Shown: positions 19,852 to 31,824, counted from the first letter of the stretch. The stretch: 64,000 nt of DNA from an uncultured Verrucomicrobiae bacterium (GCA_963772365.1 CAVYXA010000001.1:1504001-1568000), one strand, 5' to 3'. Notes: generated by a model from the letters alone, not told the origin. Numbers and translations: made by a program.

Positions 19852-19867
19852 CGGCATCAACACTGCT
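19852..19867 (+). promoter_or_regulatory. sigma54 promoter, pilin copy 2
   Basis: CGGCATCAACACTGCT, GG-N10-GC, at the equivalent position to copy 1. Confidence 0.6.
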
Positions 19868-19941
19868 GCTTAGACGGTATCCGCGACGATAAATCGCGGA
19901 CTGCATTCAAACAAACAAACAAACGGAGAAAAGCGCTAATC

Positions 19942-20346
19942 ATGTTACAAAAACTGAATAAAAGCCGCGGGGGTTTTACCCTCGTGGAAATCATGATCGT
20001 CGTCGCGATCATCGCATTACTGGCAGCCATCGCCGTGCCCGGATTCCTCCGTGCCCGGAAGCGCTCGCAAGCCACTCGAATCTTGAACGATCTTCGCCTG
20101 ATCGATTCAGCGGTCGATCAATATTCGATTGAGACTAACCGCTCTACTGGCGCTACAGTGAATACCGTGGACTGGACGGCCTATCTTAAGAAGGGAAGTG
20201 TCCTCTACAACACAGGCACGGATATTCTAGGCAACGGCTTTGGTCCCCAGAGCGTTGATACGCTGCCCAAAGTTCCGCACAATAGTTTCCTCGCATTGTC
20301 GGACGTTGCTCCAGTTGGGTTCTGGTCGCCTTATTCGGCTAACTAA
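19942..20346 (+). CDS. Type IV pilin-like protein, copy 2
   Basis: Same length (134 aa) and near-identical to copy 1; offset 699 bp. Confidence 0.9.
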   Translation: MLQKLNKSRGGFTLVEIMIVVAIIALLAAIAVPGFLRARKRSQATRILNDLRLIDSAVDQYSIETNRSTGATVNTVDWTAYLKKGSVLYNTGTDILGNGFGPQSVDTLPKVPHNSFLALSDVAPVGFWSPYSAN

Positions 20347-20472
20347 GAGTCGCACGATTCATTCACCTGGCGTTCTCACCCTGGCGCGAACGTCAGGGAA
20401 TGAGTGGTGACCTGAAGACTGCATTAAACGATTTCCCCCTACGTAGCGGCAACAAGAGCGATCGGATATAGA

Positions 20473-22566
20473 ATGAAAACCGCTCGGCGGATCCAGGGTG
20501 GAAGGTTTCCCCGATTGATCGATGCTTTTCATAGCACCTGGGCGCGCTGTGTTGTTTTGATATTTGCGGGTGTTGCGACTCACCTTCCGGCGCTCCAAGG
20601 CGAGCGAATCTGGGACGACGAGTATCTCTCAAAAGGCAGTCCGCTCATCAAAAGCCCCTTGTTTATTCTGGAAAGCTTTCGCCATTATCTTTTCCTCGAC
20701 TCTTCCTCACGCTACTACCGACCGGTTCAGAACGTTTCCTACATAATCGATTATCTCTTCTGGAATAACGATACGATCGGCTTCCATCTCACGAACATTC
20801 TCCTGCACACAACAGCCGGCGTATTGCTCTATTTTCTGCTGCGTCGATTATTTCAGTCGCTACTAACGGTTACGAATCTCGAATTGATCGGCCGCAGGAC
20901 AGTAGCCACGGCCGCATTCCTCGTGGCTTTGATTTGGATGGTTCATCCGGTCCATAGCGCTGCCATTGATTACATCTCCGGACGCGCAGATAGCCTCGCA
21001 TTCCTATTTGCGTGCGCCGGATGGTTGACTTTCCAGCGCGCCCAAAATTCGGGCCGCCTCGGCATCCGTATCTCGCTCTATTTTCTGGCCGCGATCTTCG
21101 GTCTGGCAGCTTTGTTCTCACGTGAAATCGCCTGCGTCTGGCTTGTGCTCTTTTGCGCCTATCTCCTTTCGATCGAAAAAGGGAGACCGTTTGCTCCGCG
21201 AATGACAGCGGTCGTCTGCTGCGTAATTCTTTTCAGCATTTATTTCGCCTGCCGACAATTGCCAGCAGCGCGTCCACCTGCAACGTCAGATGCGATGATC
21301 GGACAGGGTGAGGTCCGCGCTGTCCTGATGCTCCGCGCACTCGGAGATTACGGCCGCCTTTTGCTTTTTCCGGCAAATCTTCACATGGAGCGCCGTGTTC
21401 TTGATCCGATTGCATATCGAACCCAACTCGATTGGCGACAGGATATCGGTTTCGAGTACTTGTCGATCCTCGGACTGCTTGTGCTTGCCGGCTTCATCTT
21501 TGGAAGCATCAAACCGGGGCCTGGCCAGACGATGCGGATCTTCGGTGCAGGGTGGTTTTTCGCAGCATATCTGCCGATCTCAAACATCGTTCCGCTCACT
21601 GCAACTGCCGCGGAGCACTGGCTTTATTTGCCCAGTGTCGGTTTTTTGATTTTCGCTGGCGGCTGGGCGATCGATCTCCCGCGGCAGCATTGGAGAATCG
21701 CTCTTGTTATCGCCGTTTTGGCAACCAGCGCATTTGGGGTTCGGTGTTACGTGCGAAGCACAGATTGGATATCAGCCGAGACTTTTTATCGGCGAACAAT
21801 TGCCAGTGGCGGCGCAAGTCCGAGATGCGCGCTCAATCTGGGGCAGCTTTACGCAAGCCGGGGTGATTATGCCGAGGCAGTAAGAATCTTTCGCAAGTTG
21901 CTCGATATTGTGCCCGATTATTCTCTGGCCCAGAACAATCTCGGCAGCGCGCTTTCCAACGAGGGCAAAACCCGAGAGGCTGAAGCCTTGTTTGCTAGTT
22001 TGGAAAAAAATTCTGAAGAACTTCGCCATGACTACCCGCGAAGTTGGATCGGCGCTTTGAACCTCGCCGGCGTTCGCTACAGCAGAGGCGACCATGATTC
22101 CGCTATCGCAATCCTGGAGCGCGCACGAAGGAATTATCCAGAGGTATGGGAGTTGGTCAGTTTAGAGTCAGAATTTATCCGCCAAACCGACGGGCCTGAT
22201 GCCTCTTTGCATCTCGTCGAACAGTTTGCGCGAAAAAATTGGTGGCATTACAGCGCTCAACTGGCTTTGGGGCGGTTGTATGCACAAAAAGGAGATGTCG
22301 ATCTTGCTCGTGCGGCTTGGCAGCGCGCCAGCCGACTTGATGTGCACGATATCGAGTCATTGAGGCTAGCAGTCATCATGGAGTTGCGGGAGAAGAACTT
22401 TGAAGAAGCGCGTCGCACGCAATTGCGCGCCATCCGGCGACAACCGGATCAACCGCGGCAGTATGCCTTGCTTTCGGAAATTCTCACCAAGATGGGACGG
22501 GCCGATGAAGCTCACGTCGCTCTGGCTAGAGCTGCGGAGCTGCGCGCTTTTGCTTTGGCGAACTAA
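20473..22566 (+). CDS. TMTC-like membrane glycosyltransferase with TPRs
   Basis: WDD, YYRPV, HLTNILLH, VHPVHS...ISGRAD, AEHWLYLPS; C-terminal TPRs. Confidence 0.85.
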   Translation: MKTARRIQGGRFPRLIDAFHSTWARCVVLIFAGVATHLPALQGERIWDDEYLSKGSPLIKSPLFILESFRHYLFLDSSSRYYRPVQNVSYIIDYLFWNNDTIGFHLTNILLHTTAGVLLYFLLRRLFQSLLTVTNLELIGRRTVATAAFLVALIWMVHPVHSAAIDYISGRADSLAFLFACAGWLTFQRAQNSGRLGIRISLYFLAAIFGLAALFSREIACVWLVLFCAYLLSIEKGRPFAPRMTAVVCCVILFSIYFACRQLPAARPPATSDAMIGQGEVRAVLMLRALGDYGRLLLFPANLHMERRVLDPIAYRTQLDWRQDIGFEYLSILGLLVLAGFIFGSIKPGPGQTMRIFGAGWFFAAYLPISNIVPLTATAAEHWLYLPSVGFLIFAGGWAIDLPRQHWRIALVIAVLATSAFGVRCYVRSTDWISAETFYRRTIASGGASPRCALNLGQLYASRGDYAEAVRIFRKLLDIVPDYSLAQNNLGSALSNEGKTREAEALFASLEKNSEELRHDYPRSWIGALNLAGVRYSRGDHDSAIAILERARRNYPEVWELVSLESEFIRQTDGPDASLHLVEQFARKNWWHYSAQLALGRLYAQKGDVDLARAAWQRASRLDVHDIESLRLAVIMELREKNFEEARRTQLRAIRRQPDQPRQYALLSEILTKMGRADEAHVALARAAELRAFALAN

Positions 22567-22637
22567 AAGTAATCTGGCAATTGCGAGCCAGGTTAGCTCA
22601 GGATTGTATTGAGGCGATCAGCTTCCCGAAACACGCA

Positions 22638-23630
22638 ATGGCTGCACGAATTTACACCGACAAAGATGTCGATCTTGCCTGGCTTAAAGGAAAAACGTGT
22701 GGCGTTATCGGTTTTGGAGCGCAGGGCCGAGCACACGCGCTGAATTTAAAGGACAGCGGTTTCAGCGTATTGATAGGTCTCTACGCAGGAAGCAAGTCGC
22801 GATCGATAGCGAAACGCAGCGGGCTCAAAGTGATCGTCACTGCCGAGGCTACCCGGCGGGCCGACATTCTTTTCCTCGCGCTTCCGGACACGAAAATGCC
22901 AGAAGTTTACGAAAAAGAGATCGCGCCCGAGCTTCACGAGGGCCAAACACTCCTTTTCGCGCACGGCTTCGCCATCCATTACCGAACAATTCGGCCACCG
23001 AAAAATGTCGATGTTATCATGGTTGCACCGAAGGGGCTCGGACCGATGGTGCGCCGGGAATTTCTTCGCGGCCGGGGCGCGCCGGGATTAATTGCGGTTC
23101 ATCAGGAGTATAGCGGAAAGGCAAAGCGTACCGCGTTGGCCTGGGCGAAAGGCATTGGCTGCACTCGGGCGGGGGTGATTGAGACGACATTCCGTGAAGA
23201 GACCGAGACCGATCTCTTCGGCGAGCAAGCAGTTTTATGCGGAGGGACGACTGCGCTGATAAAAGCCGGTTTCGAAACGCTGGTGCGCGCCGGTTATCCG
23301 CCGGACTTGGCCTATTTTGAGTGTCTGCATGAGCTGAAATTCATTGTCGATCTTATCCACGAATCCGGAATCGCCGGAATGACGAAGCTGATTTCGGACA
23401 CCGCAAAATGGGGCGAGCTGACCGTCGGACCGAAGATCATTGACGCATCGGTGCAGAAGCGAATGAGCGCGGTCCTGAAAAAAATTCGTTCCGGAACGTT
23501 TGCCTCCGAATTCATTCAAGAGATGAGAGGCGGACAAAAACGTTACAGGCAGTTGCTGCGCGAAGCGGAAAAACAGCCAATTGAAAATGTCGGACGCAAG
23601 CTTCGAGGGTTAATGAATTGGAAAAAATAG
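22638..23630 (+). CDS. ilvC: Ketol-acid reductoisomerase
   Basis: GFGAQGRAHALNL, MVAPKG, ETDLFGEQAVLCGG. Confidence 0.96.
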   Translation: MAARIYTDKDVDLAWLKGKTCGVIGFGAQGRAHALNLKDSGFSVLIGLYAGSKSRSIAKRSGLKVIVTAEATRRADILFLALPDTKMPEVYEKEIAPELHEGQTLLFAHGFAIHYRTIRPPKNVDVIMVAPKGLGPMVRREFLRGRGAPGLIAVHQEYSGKAKRTALAWAKGIGCTRAGVIETTFREETETDLFGEQAVLCGGTTALIKAGFETLVRAGYPPDLAYFECLHELKFIVDLIHESGIAGMTKLISDTAKWGELTVGPKIIDASVQKRMSAVLKKIRSGTFASEFIQEMRGGQKRYRQLLREAEKQPIENVGRKLRGLMNWKK

Positions 23631-23689
23631 CTCCCCCTTCGCTGCCGATTTGGCAGCGAACGCCTTTCCCGCGAAAGGTCGGTCGAGCC

Positions 23690-23956
23690 TTATTGTAAGC
23701 GACCCATCACTTGGACGGGGCTCACGGTGGTCGGAATTCCCACAATATAGCGCTTGCAGGGTTGCGGAATCCCAGACGCGATGGTTTTCACATAGCAAAG
23801 CACAACCCTATGGGTTGTTATATGCTTTGCGGGTGTTACCACCGTTGTGGTACCGGAACCTGCCAAGCCTGATGCGCAAAACGCCAGCGAAACGGCGGCG
23901 ATTGCGCATCGCACCGACCAACCGCACAGGCTCGATGTCCTGTTTACAGTTGTCAT
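23690..23956 (-). CDS. Small secreted hypothetical protein
   Basis: Hydrophobic signal-like segment; SGIPQPC...IPTT.SP tail; fills the gap between convergent genes. Confidence 0.45.
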   Translation of the reverse strand: MTTVNRTSSLCGWSVRCAIAAVSLAFCASGLAGSGTTTVVTPAKHITTHRVVLCYVKTIASGIPQPCKRYIVGIPTTVSPVQVMGRLQ

Positions 23957-24057
23957 GCACACACTGTGCGCTCTTCTAGCCGTGAAGCAAAGAAAAATGT
24001 TTCGTTCTAGGAGACAAAAATCCGGCGTTTTCGGCTATTGCGGCTCGACAGCTCAAA

Positions 24058-26514
24058 TCAATTCGCCCAGAGAAAATGTTCCAGGCGTAATCGGGTGAGC
24101 CGCGCTCTTGCTTCCTCGCTGCGGCTGCCTCCTGCATTAGCCAGTCTTTCATAAACGGCGGCAGCCGATTCCCATTTCGAATCCTCTTCCAAAATCCGCG
24201 CAGCATTGAAACCCGCCTTGTAATACCAGAACAATTCATGCTGCCGATCCGGGCGCGCCTCGTCTTCCAGGACGCGATAAAATGTCTCAAGCGCACCCGT
24301 GCGATCGGCCTTTTTTTCGAGGCAGAGCGCCTTCTTGAAAAGTGCCTGATTGCGCCAGTGAGCAGGCAGATCCTTGTCGGATGCTAGTTGATCGTAGGCA
24401 TCAATGGCGCGCTGATAATCGGCTCCGCCCGTTTCGAAGAAAATGTCGCCCTTCGCGCAAAGCGCTTCGCGCTTTTCAGCGGGCCGGGCATCGCTTTTTA
24501 GAACTTCATCGTAAAGCGAGAGCGCATCGTGGGACTTGCCCAGCTTGCGTTCGATTGCCGCTTGCTCATTACGCGCGGCCCACTTCAGATCACCGTTCAT
24601 ACGGACCACCTGGTCGAAAAGTGTAATCGCATGGTCGAGCGCCCCGCTGGCCATGCTAGACACAGCTGATTCGGCCGCAAAGAAAAGCGCTTTCTCGGCC
24701 AGCGGTCCCGTCGGATTCTCCTGTGCCAGTAGTTCGAATTGAGTCTGGGCGTTCGGAAAATCCTGCCGGAGGTAATATGTTTCAGCCAGTTTCATTCGGA
24801 CGTCCGGGGCAAAGGAGGAAGCGGCGTGCTGCTTGAGAAAGCGGTTGGCCAATTCGACGACCTTCGCGTCGTCGTCGTTCGATTCGGTCGCGTCTTCGAT
24901 CCAGATGCGCAAATAATCGGCCCGCTCAGCTGCAGCGAGGGTTGGTTTCGCTTCGGCTGCTCGAGTCAGATATTTTCGAGCCTCATCCAGATGTGGCGGA
25001 GAGGAATGGAATGCCAGCTCCGCTAATGCCACAAATGCCTCGGATATGCGCGGATTGTCAGGAAAATCGTGGACAAAGGCGTGCAACGATTCCGCGGCTC
25101 GCGGGTCGGCTTTTGCGGCCTGGACCAAAGCTTCTTCCAAGCGCAGTTCCGCACGCGATCCTTCATCGCCTCCCTGTTTTTCGAATTCTTTGTAATCGGT
25201 CAAAAACTGATCGTGACGATCGAGCTGCAGCCAACCGGCGGCAGCATTGAAAAAAGCGAGACGGGAGAAAGGAGAATCCGACCGCGCCAACTTCTTATAT
25301 TGGTTAGTCGATTGATCGAACCGTCCGGCAAGATAGTTCGTCCGGCCGGCAAGCAAATCAATCCGGTCGAGCAAGACCGAGTCTGGTTTGGCTGCGCGCG
25401 CGTCATTCAAAATCGCAAGCGCCTGATCAAATTGTCGATCTTCCAATTCAAGTTTCGCAAATTCCAGCATGGCGACGGCGTAACTATTCGGGAAAAATTT
25501 CGCGCCATCGCGCTGCAGATCCGAAAAGTATTCTCGCGCTCTATCGCGATGACCCGCCCGCAGCTCGAAACTAGCCAAATGCCATCGGGCCAGACTGCGC
25601 CTTGGCTGTGCCGGATCGCGTGTCCACCGCTCCAGTTCGGCGCGAGGCGGTTTTCGCTCGGCGCGATACAGTTCATCCAACTTGGCGAAGATCCGGGCTA
25701 GATCGGCGTCCTGCGGATGATGATCGATGTAATCCTCCATTATATCGGCACCATCCTCCGCGGTTTTTCGTTTCAGCTCGGCGTCAGCAACCCCGAATAG
25801 CGCCGCCAGCAACACATCGTGACTGGCGCCCTCCGGTTTTCTCAGCAGCGATTCAAACAAAGCAATTGCCTTCTCGATTTTTCCCGAAACCAGCTCCGAC
25901 CGCGCGCGGAGCAAATGACGTTGTTTGCGCTGAGCGGCGGTTTTTGGATGCGTCTGATCAAGTAACCGTTTCGCTTCTGGTGCTGCTCCCTTGTCGATGT
26001 ACAGTTCCGCCGAGCGCAGACGGGCTGGTATTCCCCATTCTTGATCTCGTAGAAGCGGAGCCAGCTTTTGCAATGCTTCATCCTGGCGTCCAAGCGCACA
26101 AAGCATTTCTGCCGCTCCGAAAGCAGCATCCTTGGCAAACGGCAAATGATCGTCAACGGCAAGCTGTTCATAGAGCGGTAGGGCCTCGCTCCATCTGCCC
26201 AAATCGGCGAGACCTTGCGCTCGCCAGAACTTTGCTGCAGGCACATCGCGCAGGCGAGCATTAGCAAGAAGTTTGACCGCGTTTGCCGGTTGCCTGGCAG
26301 CGACCAGCGCTTCACCGAGTTTTACTGCCGCGACGCGCCATTCCTGTTCTGAGAGATCTTTATCCAGCAAAGACTGCAACCGGACGACCGCAATTTCCGG
26401 AACTCCCGCTGCTAGCGGGGCCGTGGCTTCGGAAAGCTGCGCAGAAATATCTGCACACACGATTCGCGCGAGTAGAAAGATACTAAGAAAACTTATGTGT
26501 CGTATGCGTCTCAT
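24058..26514 (-). CDS. Secreted TPR-repeat protein
   Basis: Signal peptide and many TPR-like helical repeats; start overlaps the uvrA stop. Confidence 0.8.
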   Translation of the reverse strand: MRRIRHISFLSIFLLARIVCADISAQLSEATAPLAAGVPEIAVVRLQSLLDKDLSEQEWRVAAVKLGEALVAARQPANAVKLLANARLRDVPAAKFWRAQGLADLGRWSEALPLYEQLAVDDHLPFAKDAAFGAAEMLCALGRQDEALQKLAPLLRDQEWGIPARLRSAELYIDKGAAPEAKRLLDQTHPKTAAQRKQRHLLRARSELVSGKIEKAIALFESLLRKPEGASHDVLLAALFGVADAELKRKTAEDGADIMEDYIDHHPQDADLARIFAKLDELYRAERKPPRAELERWTRDPAQPRRSLARWHLASFELRAGHRDRAREYFSDLQRDGAKFFPNSYAVAMLEFAKLELEDRQFDQALAILNDARAAKPDSVLLDRIDLLAGRTNYLAGRFDQSTNQYKKLARSDSPFSRLAFFNAAAGWLQLDRHDQFLTDYKEFEKQGGDEGSRAELRLEEALVQAAKADPRAAESLHAFVHDFPDNPRISEAFVALAELAFHSSPPHLDEARKYLTRAAEAKPTLAAAERADYLRIWIEDATESNDDDAKVVELANRFLKQHAASSFAPDVRMKLAETYYLRQDFPNAQTQFELLAQENPTGPLAEKALFFAAESAVSSMASGALDHAITLFDQVVRMNGDLKWAARNEQAAIERKLGKSHDALSLYDEVLKSDARPAEKREALCAKGDIFFETGGADYQRAIDAYDQLASDKDLPAHWRNQALFKKALCLEKKADRTGALETFYRVLEDEARPDRQHELFWYYKAGFNAARILEEDSKWESAAAVYERLANAGGSRSEEARARLTRLRLEHFLWAN

Positions 26515-29371
26515 TTTCTTTCGAGTAGCGGTTTGAGATAAATGCCGGTGTGGCTTTCGTTAATTTCCGCGATTTTTTCCGGAGAGCCCGCGGCGACAAT
26601 TTCCCCTCCCGCTTCTCCGCCTTCCGGACCGAGATCAATAATCCAGTCCGCGCATTTGATCATCTCGAGATTGTGTTCAATGACGATGAGCGTATTTCCC
26701 GACGAGCGGAGTTTCATTAGCACCTGAAGCAGCTTCTCGATATCGGCGAAATGCAATCCCGTAGTGGGTTCGTCCAGAATGTAGAGGGTTCGTCCGGTCG
26801 CCTTTTTCGCCAGCTCCGTGGCTAGCTTGACCCGTTGCGCCTCACCGCCAGAGAGCGTGGTTCCGGCCTGGCCGAGTTGGAGATAACCGAGGCCCACATC
26901 CAGCAGCGCATTCAGCTTGTCCGAGATGCTTGGCACGTTACGAAAGAAACGCGCTGCTTCGTCCACAGTGAGATTAAGCACATCGGCAATGTTTTTTCCC
27001 TTGTAGGTGATTTCGAGTGTCTCGCGATTGTATCGTTGGCCGTGGCATACTTCGCACTGCACATACACATCAGGCAAAAAATGCATCTCGATCTTGATCA
27101 TGCCCCCGCCTTCGCAATTTTCACATCGGCCACCTTTCACATTGAAACTGAACCGGCCGGAATCGTAACCGCGCACCCGGGCCGCAGGTAACTGCGAAAA
27201 CAACTCGCGAATCGGGGTGAATGCACCGGTGTAGGTAACTGGATTGGAACGGGGTGTTCGTCCAATCGCGCTTTGGTCGATCACAATTGCCTTGTCGATC
27301 TGCTCGACTCCCCGCAAAGCGCGATATGCACCGGGTTTTTCCTTCGAATTGTAAAAGCGGCGGAACAGCGCCCTGCGCAAAATGTCATCCACTAGTGTCG
27401 ATTTGCCGCTGCCGGAGACACCCGTTACGCAGCTGAAACAACCGAGTGGAAAAAAGATGTCGATGTTCTTCAAATTGTTCTCTGATGCGCCGGTCACGAT
27501 CAACCAGCCATCCGGCCGCGGCTTCACCCTTTGCTTGGGAACTGGAATTCGAACTCGTCCTGATAGGTAATCAGCCGTTAGCGAATTTTTTGCCCGGAGA
27601 ACTTGCTCAAGAGTTCCCTGGGCGACGATCTCCCCTCCCCGAGGCCCTGCGCCGGGGCCAAGATCGACAATGTAATCCGCTGCGCGGATGGTTTCCTCGT
27701 CGTGCTCGACTACGATCACAGAATTCCCAAGATCGCGCAGCCGTCGCAGCGTTCCAAGCAGACGTGAATTATCGCGCTGGTGCAGACCGATGCTGGGTTC
27801 ATCGAGAACATAAAGCACGCCAGCCAGACCTGAGCCGATCTGTGTCGCCAGGCGGATTCGTTGCGCTTCCCCGCCACTGAGGGTCCCGCTTTCGCGATCC
27901 AGCGTAAGATAACCAAGCCCGACCTCGACCAAAAACTGGAGCCGCGCCTGAATTTCATGAACTACGTCGGCAACAATCTGTTTCTGTTGCACCCTCAGGT
28001 GAAGATTCTCGATATACTCCAAAGCTGCCGCGGTTGTCAGTTCGCTGAACTGATGAATGTTCAATTCAAGTCCCGCGGCATTTTTGATCGTCACAGCGAG
28101 AATTTCCGGCTTGAGCCGCGCGCCATGACAGGTCTTGCAAGGGACGCGAGCCATGAAGGCGCGAATCCGATTCCGAGTAAATTCGCTTTGCGTTTGCTCG
28201 TAGAGCCGCTGCATCTGCGGCACAAGTCCTTCAAATGGGCGATGTTTTCCGCCATTTCCGCCGAGATTGATCGGAATAGGCGTTCCATTTGTGCCGAAGT
28301 AAAGCGCGTTTTGAACGCATCCGGCAGATCTGCGAACGGAACATCATCATCGACGTGGAAATGTTTTACCAGCGCGCCTTGCAATTGGCGGTAGTAGGCC
28401 CGCATTCGCTTCGTCCCACGCCGCCACGGGGTGATTGCGCCTTCAGCAATGGTTTTTGTGGGATCGGAAATCATAAGCTCGGGATCGACCACCAGCTGCG
28501 TCGCCAAGTCCATGACAAGCCGGACATGCGCCGAGATGGCTATTGAACGAAAAATGTTTCGGAGTTAGCTCGCCCAACGTGAAACCCGTCTCCACGTTGC
28601 CGTAATCGGTCGAGTAGCGCAATGCTCCTGACGCTCGCCTGAGGACTTTTCCGAACGCACAGCTAATTTATTCCGCTCCATTTCAATGCCGTCTCCACCG
28701 AATCAGTCAAGCCGCGTCCGAATTCCTTCGCGGACAACAAGGCGATCGACCACCGCCTCGATCGTGTGTGCGCTGATTTTTTTTCAGCCGAATCGGTTCC
28801 GGCCGATCCAGCTCCATAATTTCGCCATCGATGCGGGCTCGCACAAAGCCTTCCCGCTTGATTTTCTCGATCACATCCCGAAACTCGCCCCGCTGTCCCG
28901 GACAAGTGGCGCCAACAAGATGATCTTCGAGCCGGGCTCGAAGGCCAGAATTTGATCCACAATTTGCTGAGGCGTCTGCCGATAGATCGGTTGACCCGTG
29001 CTCGGATCGTGGGGCTGGCCGACTGCTGAAAAAAGCACTCGCAGATAATCGTAAACTTCCGTCGTGGTCGCGATTGTCGATCTTGGATTCGCGCCGGCGC
29101 TTCGCTGTTCGATCGCGATAGCTGGAGAAAGGCCTTCGATGAAATCCACGTCTGGTTTTTCCATTCGGTCGAGGAATTGCCGCGCGTAGGCGGAAAGACT
29201 TTCCACATATCGCCGTTGCCCTTCGGCATAAAGTGTGTCGAACGCGAGCGAGGATTTTCCGGAGCCACTCAGTCCGGTAATGACCACCAGCTTCTCCCGC
29301 GGTATTTCCAGGTGCAGGTTCTTTAGATTGTGCTGGCGCGCACCACTGATTTTGATAACTTGCGCAGGCAT
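26511..29371 (-). CDS. uvrA: Excinuclease ABC subunit A, with several frameshifts in the 5' half (likely sequencing errors)
   Basis: [49 protein letters not shown] across ORFs 28871-29371, 28707-29408, 28091-28513, 26511-28223. Confidence 0.93.
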
Positions 29372-29437
29372 TCTGACGACAAATCTCGAACCTTTCAGTC
29401 AAGCACACCCGCCCGTTTCTCCAGCGAAAATTATACT

Positions 29438-29674
29438 ATGAATGAATCAGATTTTCAAATGACCGCGAAAGAATTTGACCAGTTGCGGAGAAAATTCAGC
29501 GAGATCAAGCACTCGATAAATAACGCTCTCGCCGTGATGATGGCTCTTTCGGAAATGTCGCAACGCCGACCTGATTATTCAGAGAAACTGGCCACCACCG
29601 TCTTGAGCAAGGCGCCTCAGATCGTTTCCAATTTGCAGGAGTTTACCCAGGCGCTAAATGAAAAAGCCGGCTGA
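29438..29674 (+). CDS. Small stand-alone HisKA/DHp-like helical protein
   Basis: [11 protein letters not shown] resembles an H-box; two-helix pattern; no ATPase domain. Confidence 0.6.
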   Translation: MNESDFQMTAKEFDQLRRKFSEIKHSINNALAVMMALSEMSQRRPDYSEKLATTVLSKAPQIVSNLQEFTQALNEKAG

Positions 29675-29762
29675 ATCCAGCAGCTGGCAGACGGGGCCGC
29701 GTAAATTCCGCAGCTACGTCTCTTATCGAAATAAGGCCTATTCGTCTGTGTTATGAACATTA

Positions 29763-30451
29763 TGTCTGAGAAAAAGAATCCTGATCGTCGAAGATGAAAG
29801 CGATGTCCTCGATTTGCTTATTTGGCATTGCAAAAAGCCGGTGGCTTTGTCGTTTCTACCGCCAACGATGGCGTGACCGGCCTCAACAAGGCGAGGTCCG
29901 AAAAGCCCTCTTTCATCGTTCTGGATCTAATGCTGCCGAAGATGCCAGGCTTGGAGGTTTGCAAGATTCTGAAGGGCGACTCAGCGACACGTCATATTCC
30001 GATAATGATGCTAACCGCGAAGGCGGAGGAGATGGACCGGATCGTTGGTTTGGAATTCGGCGCGGATGATTACGTCACAAAGCCGTTCAGCCCCGTGAAG
30101 TGGCGCTGCGGATTCACGCTATCTTCCGCCGCGAGTGAGCCGAAACAGGCTGATGAACATCTTAGTGTGGGTCCAATCACAGTCGATCCTGTGCGACATG
30201 AAGTCTCGGTGAATGGCAAGGCGGATTAATCTCACGATGCTTGAATTTAAACTTTTGCGGACATTGATGGAACGACGCGGGCCGTGTTCAGGCTCGCGAT
30301 CGTCTCCTCAATGAGGTCTGGGGATACGAAACATTTGATCGACACTCGCACAGTGGACACGCATATTCGTCGACTCCGGAAGAAACTCGGGAAAGCCGCC
30401 AATGTGATCGAGAGCATGCGCGGATTCGGTTATCGGTTGCGCGAAAACTAG
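29763..30451 (+). CDS. OmpR/PhoB-family response regulator, multiply frameshifted
   Basis: ILIVEDE, LDLMLP, GADDYVTKPFS, RTVDTHIRRLRKKLG, GFGYRL across frames. Confidence 0.85.
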
Positions 30452-30538
30452 GGTGCGTGGTTGCTTCCGCGAAGCTTTGACCAGTCTCTTCTGAATTTGC
30501 CTTTTGCCGGCCATCCGATTGCGGAACAATAGAAGCCG

Positions 30539-31824
30539 ATGTCGTGGCTAGTTCTGGGGCTGGTTTGCTATTGTTTGCCGCCATTCTTTGGATCGGCTGG
30601 CGAAAATGGGTTTTGCCCTGGCGTCAAGTTCGCGAGCTCGCCGCACAGATCGCCCACGGCGAACGACCGCGCACTTTCTTGGTCGATGGCGGCACGGAGG
30701 CGAAGAGCGATCGGGCTCGATCTGGAAAACGTTTTTGCGCGGCAGGAGGAACTTGAGCGTTAGAGCGCTGGCCGTGAATCTGGCACCCAGGCAATTTTAC
30801 GCGCGATGCAGGATGGTCTGCTGGTGGTGGATCGCAGCCGACGTGTGATCGTTGGTGAATGAAGCTTTTCGCCAATTGTTCGATCTGAATCGGATGTTTC
30901 GTTAGGCGGGCCCTGCTGGGTAATGCCATTCGCGACGCCAATCTGGATCGGTTGATCGCGGAGACCTCGGCACCGGCAATGCGAAACAAAGTGAATTGTT
31001 CTGCCGGAGACAATGTAAAACCGGGAACGTCATATCGAGATCACGCGCCGTTCCCATCAACGGTGATGTCGATCTTGTCAGCGGCGCAGTGGTGTTGTTT
31101 CATGATATTACCGAACTCAAACGCGCCGACAGCATCCGGCGCGATTTTGTCGCCAATGTGTCGCACGAATTGCGCACGCCCTTATCGATCTTGGGCGGTT
31201 ACATCGAGACACTGCTTGATCAGCCCCAAACGTCGCCCGAAGAACTGGAGCGAATTCTCAAAGTGATGGAACGACATTCCCAGCGCCTTGGCTTTCTCGT
31301 TAACGATTTGCTTACGCTGGCCCAGTTGGAATCGGGCAATCCAAATCTCCGACGGGCCGAAGTCTCAATTGCTGACCTCTTCAAAAACGTAGTTCGCGAT
31401 TGGGAAAAAAAATTCGCTGACAAACGCTTGACCGCGGTTGTCGATATTCCGCGGGCGCCACTCGTGATTCAGAGCGGATGAAACACGGCTCGAGGAGGTG
31501 CTTCATAATTTATTGGATAACGCGGTCAAATATTCGCCCGAGAAAGGTGAGATTCGTATTGCGGCCGAGCGTCACGGCGACGAAATTGCCTTAAGCATCA
31601 GCGACAAGGGCCCTGGGATTGCGAAGGGCGATCTGCCACGAATCTTTGAAAGATTTTACCGAGCCGACAAAGCCCGCAGTCGCGAACTGGGCGGGACGGG
31701 TCTTGGATTGGCAATCGTGAAACACATCGCCCAATTGCATGCCGGACGCGTGGAAGCGCGCAGCGAGATCGGGAAAGGAACAACGATTCGTGTGATCCTC
31801 CCGGTTCACGCCGACGTAATCTAA
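30539..31824 (+). CDS. PhoR-like sensor histidine kinase, multiply frameshifted
   Basis: RRDFVANVSHELRTPL, NLLDNAVKY, ERFYRADKARSR..GGTGLGLAIVKH. Confidence 0.85.
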
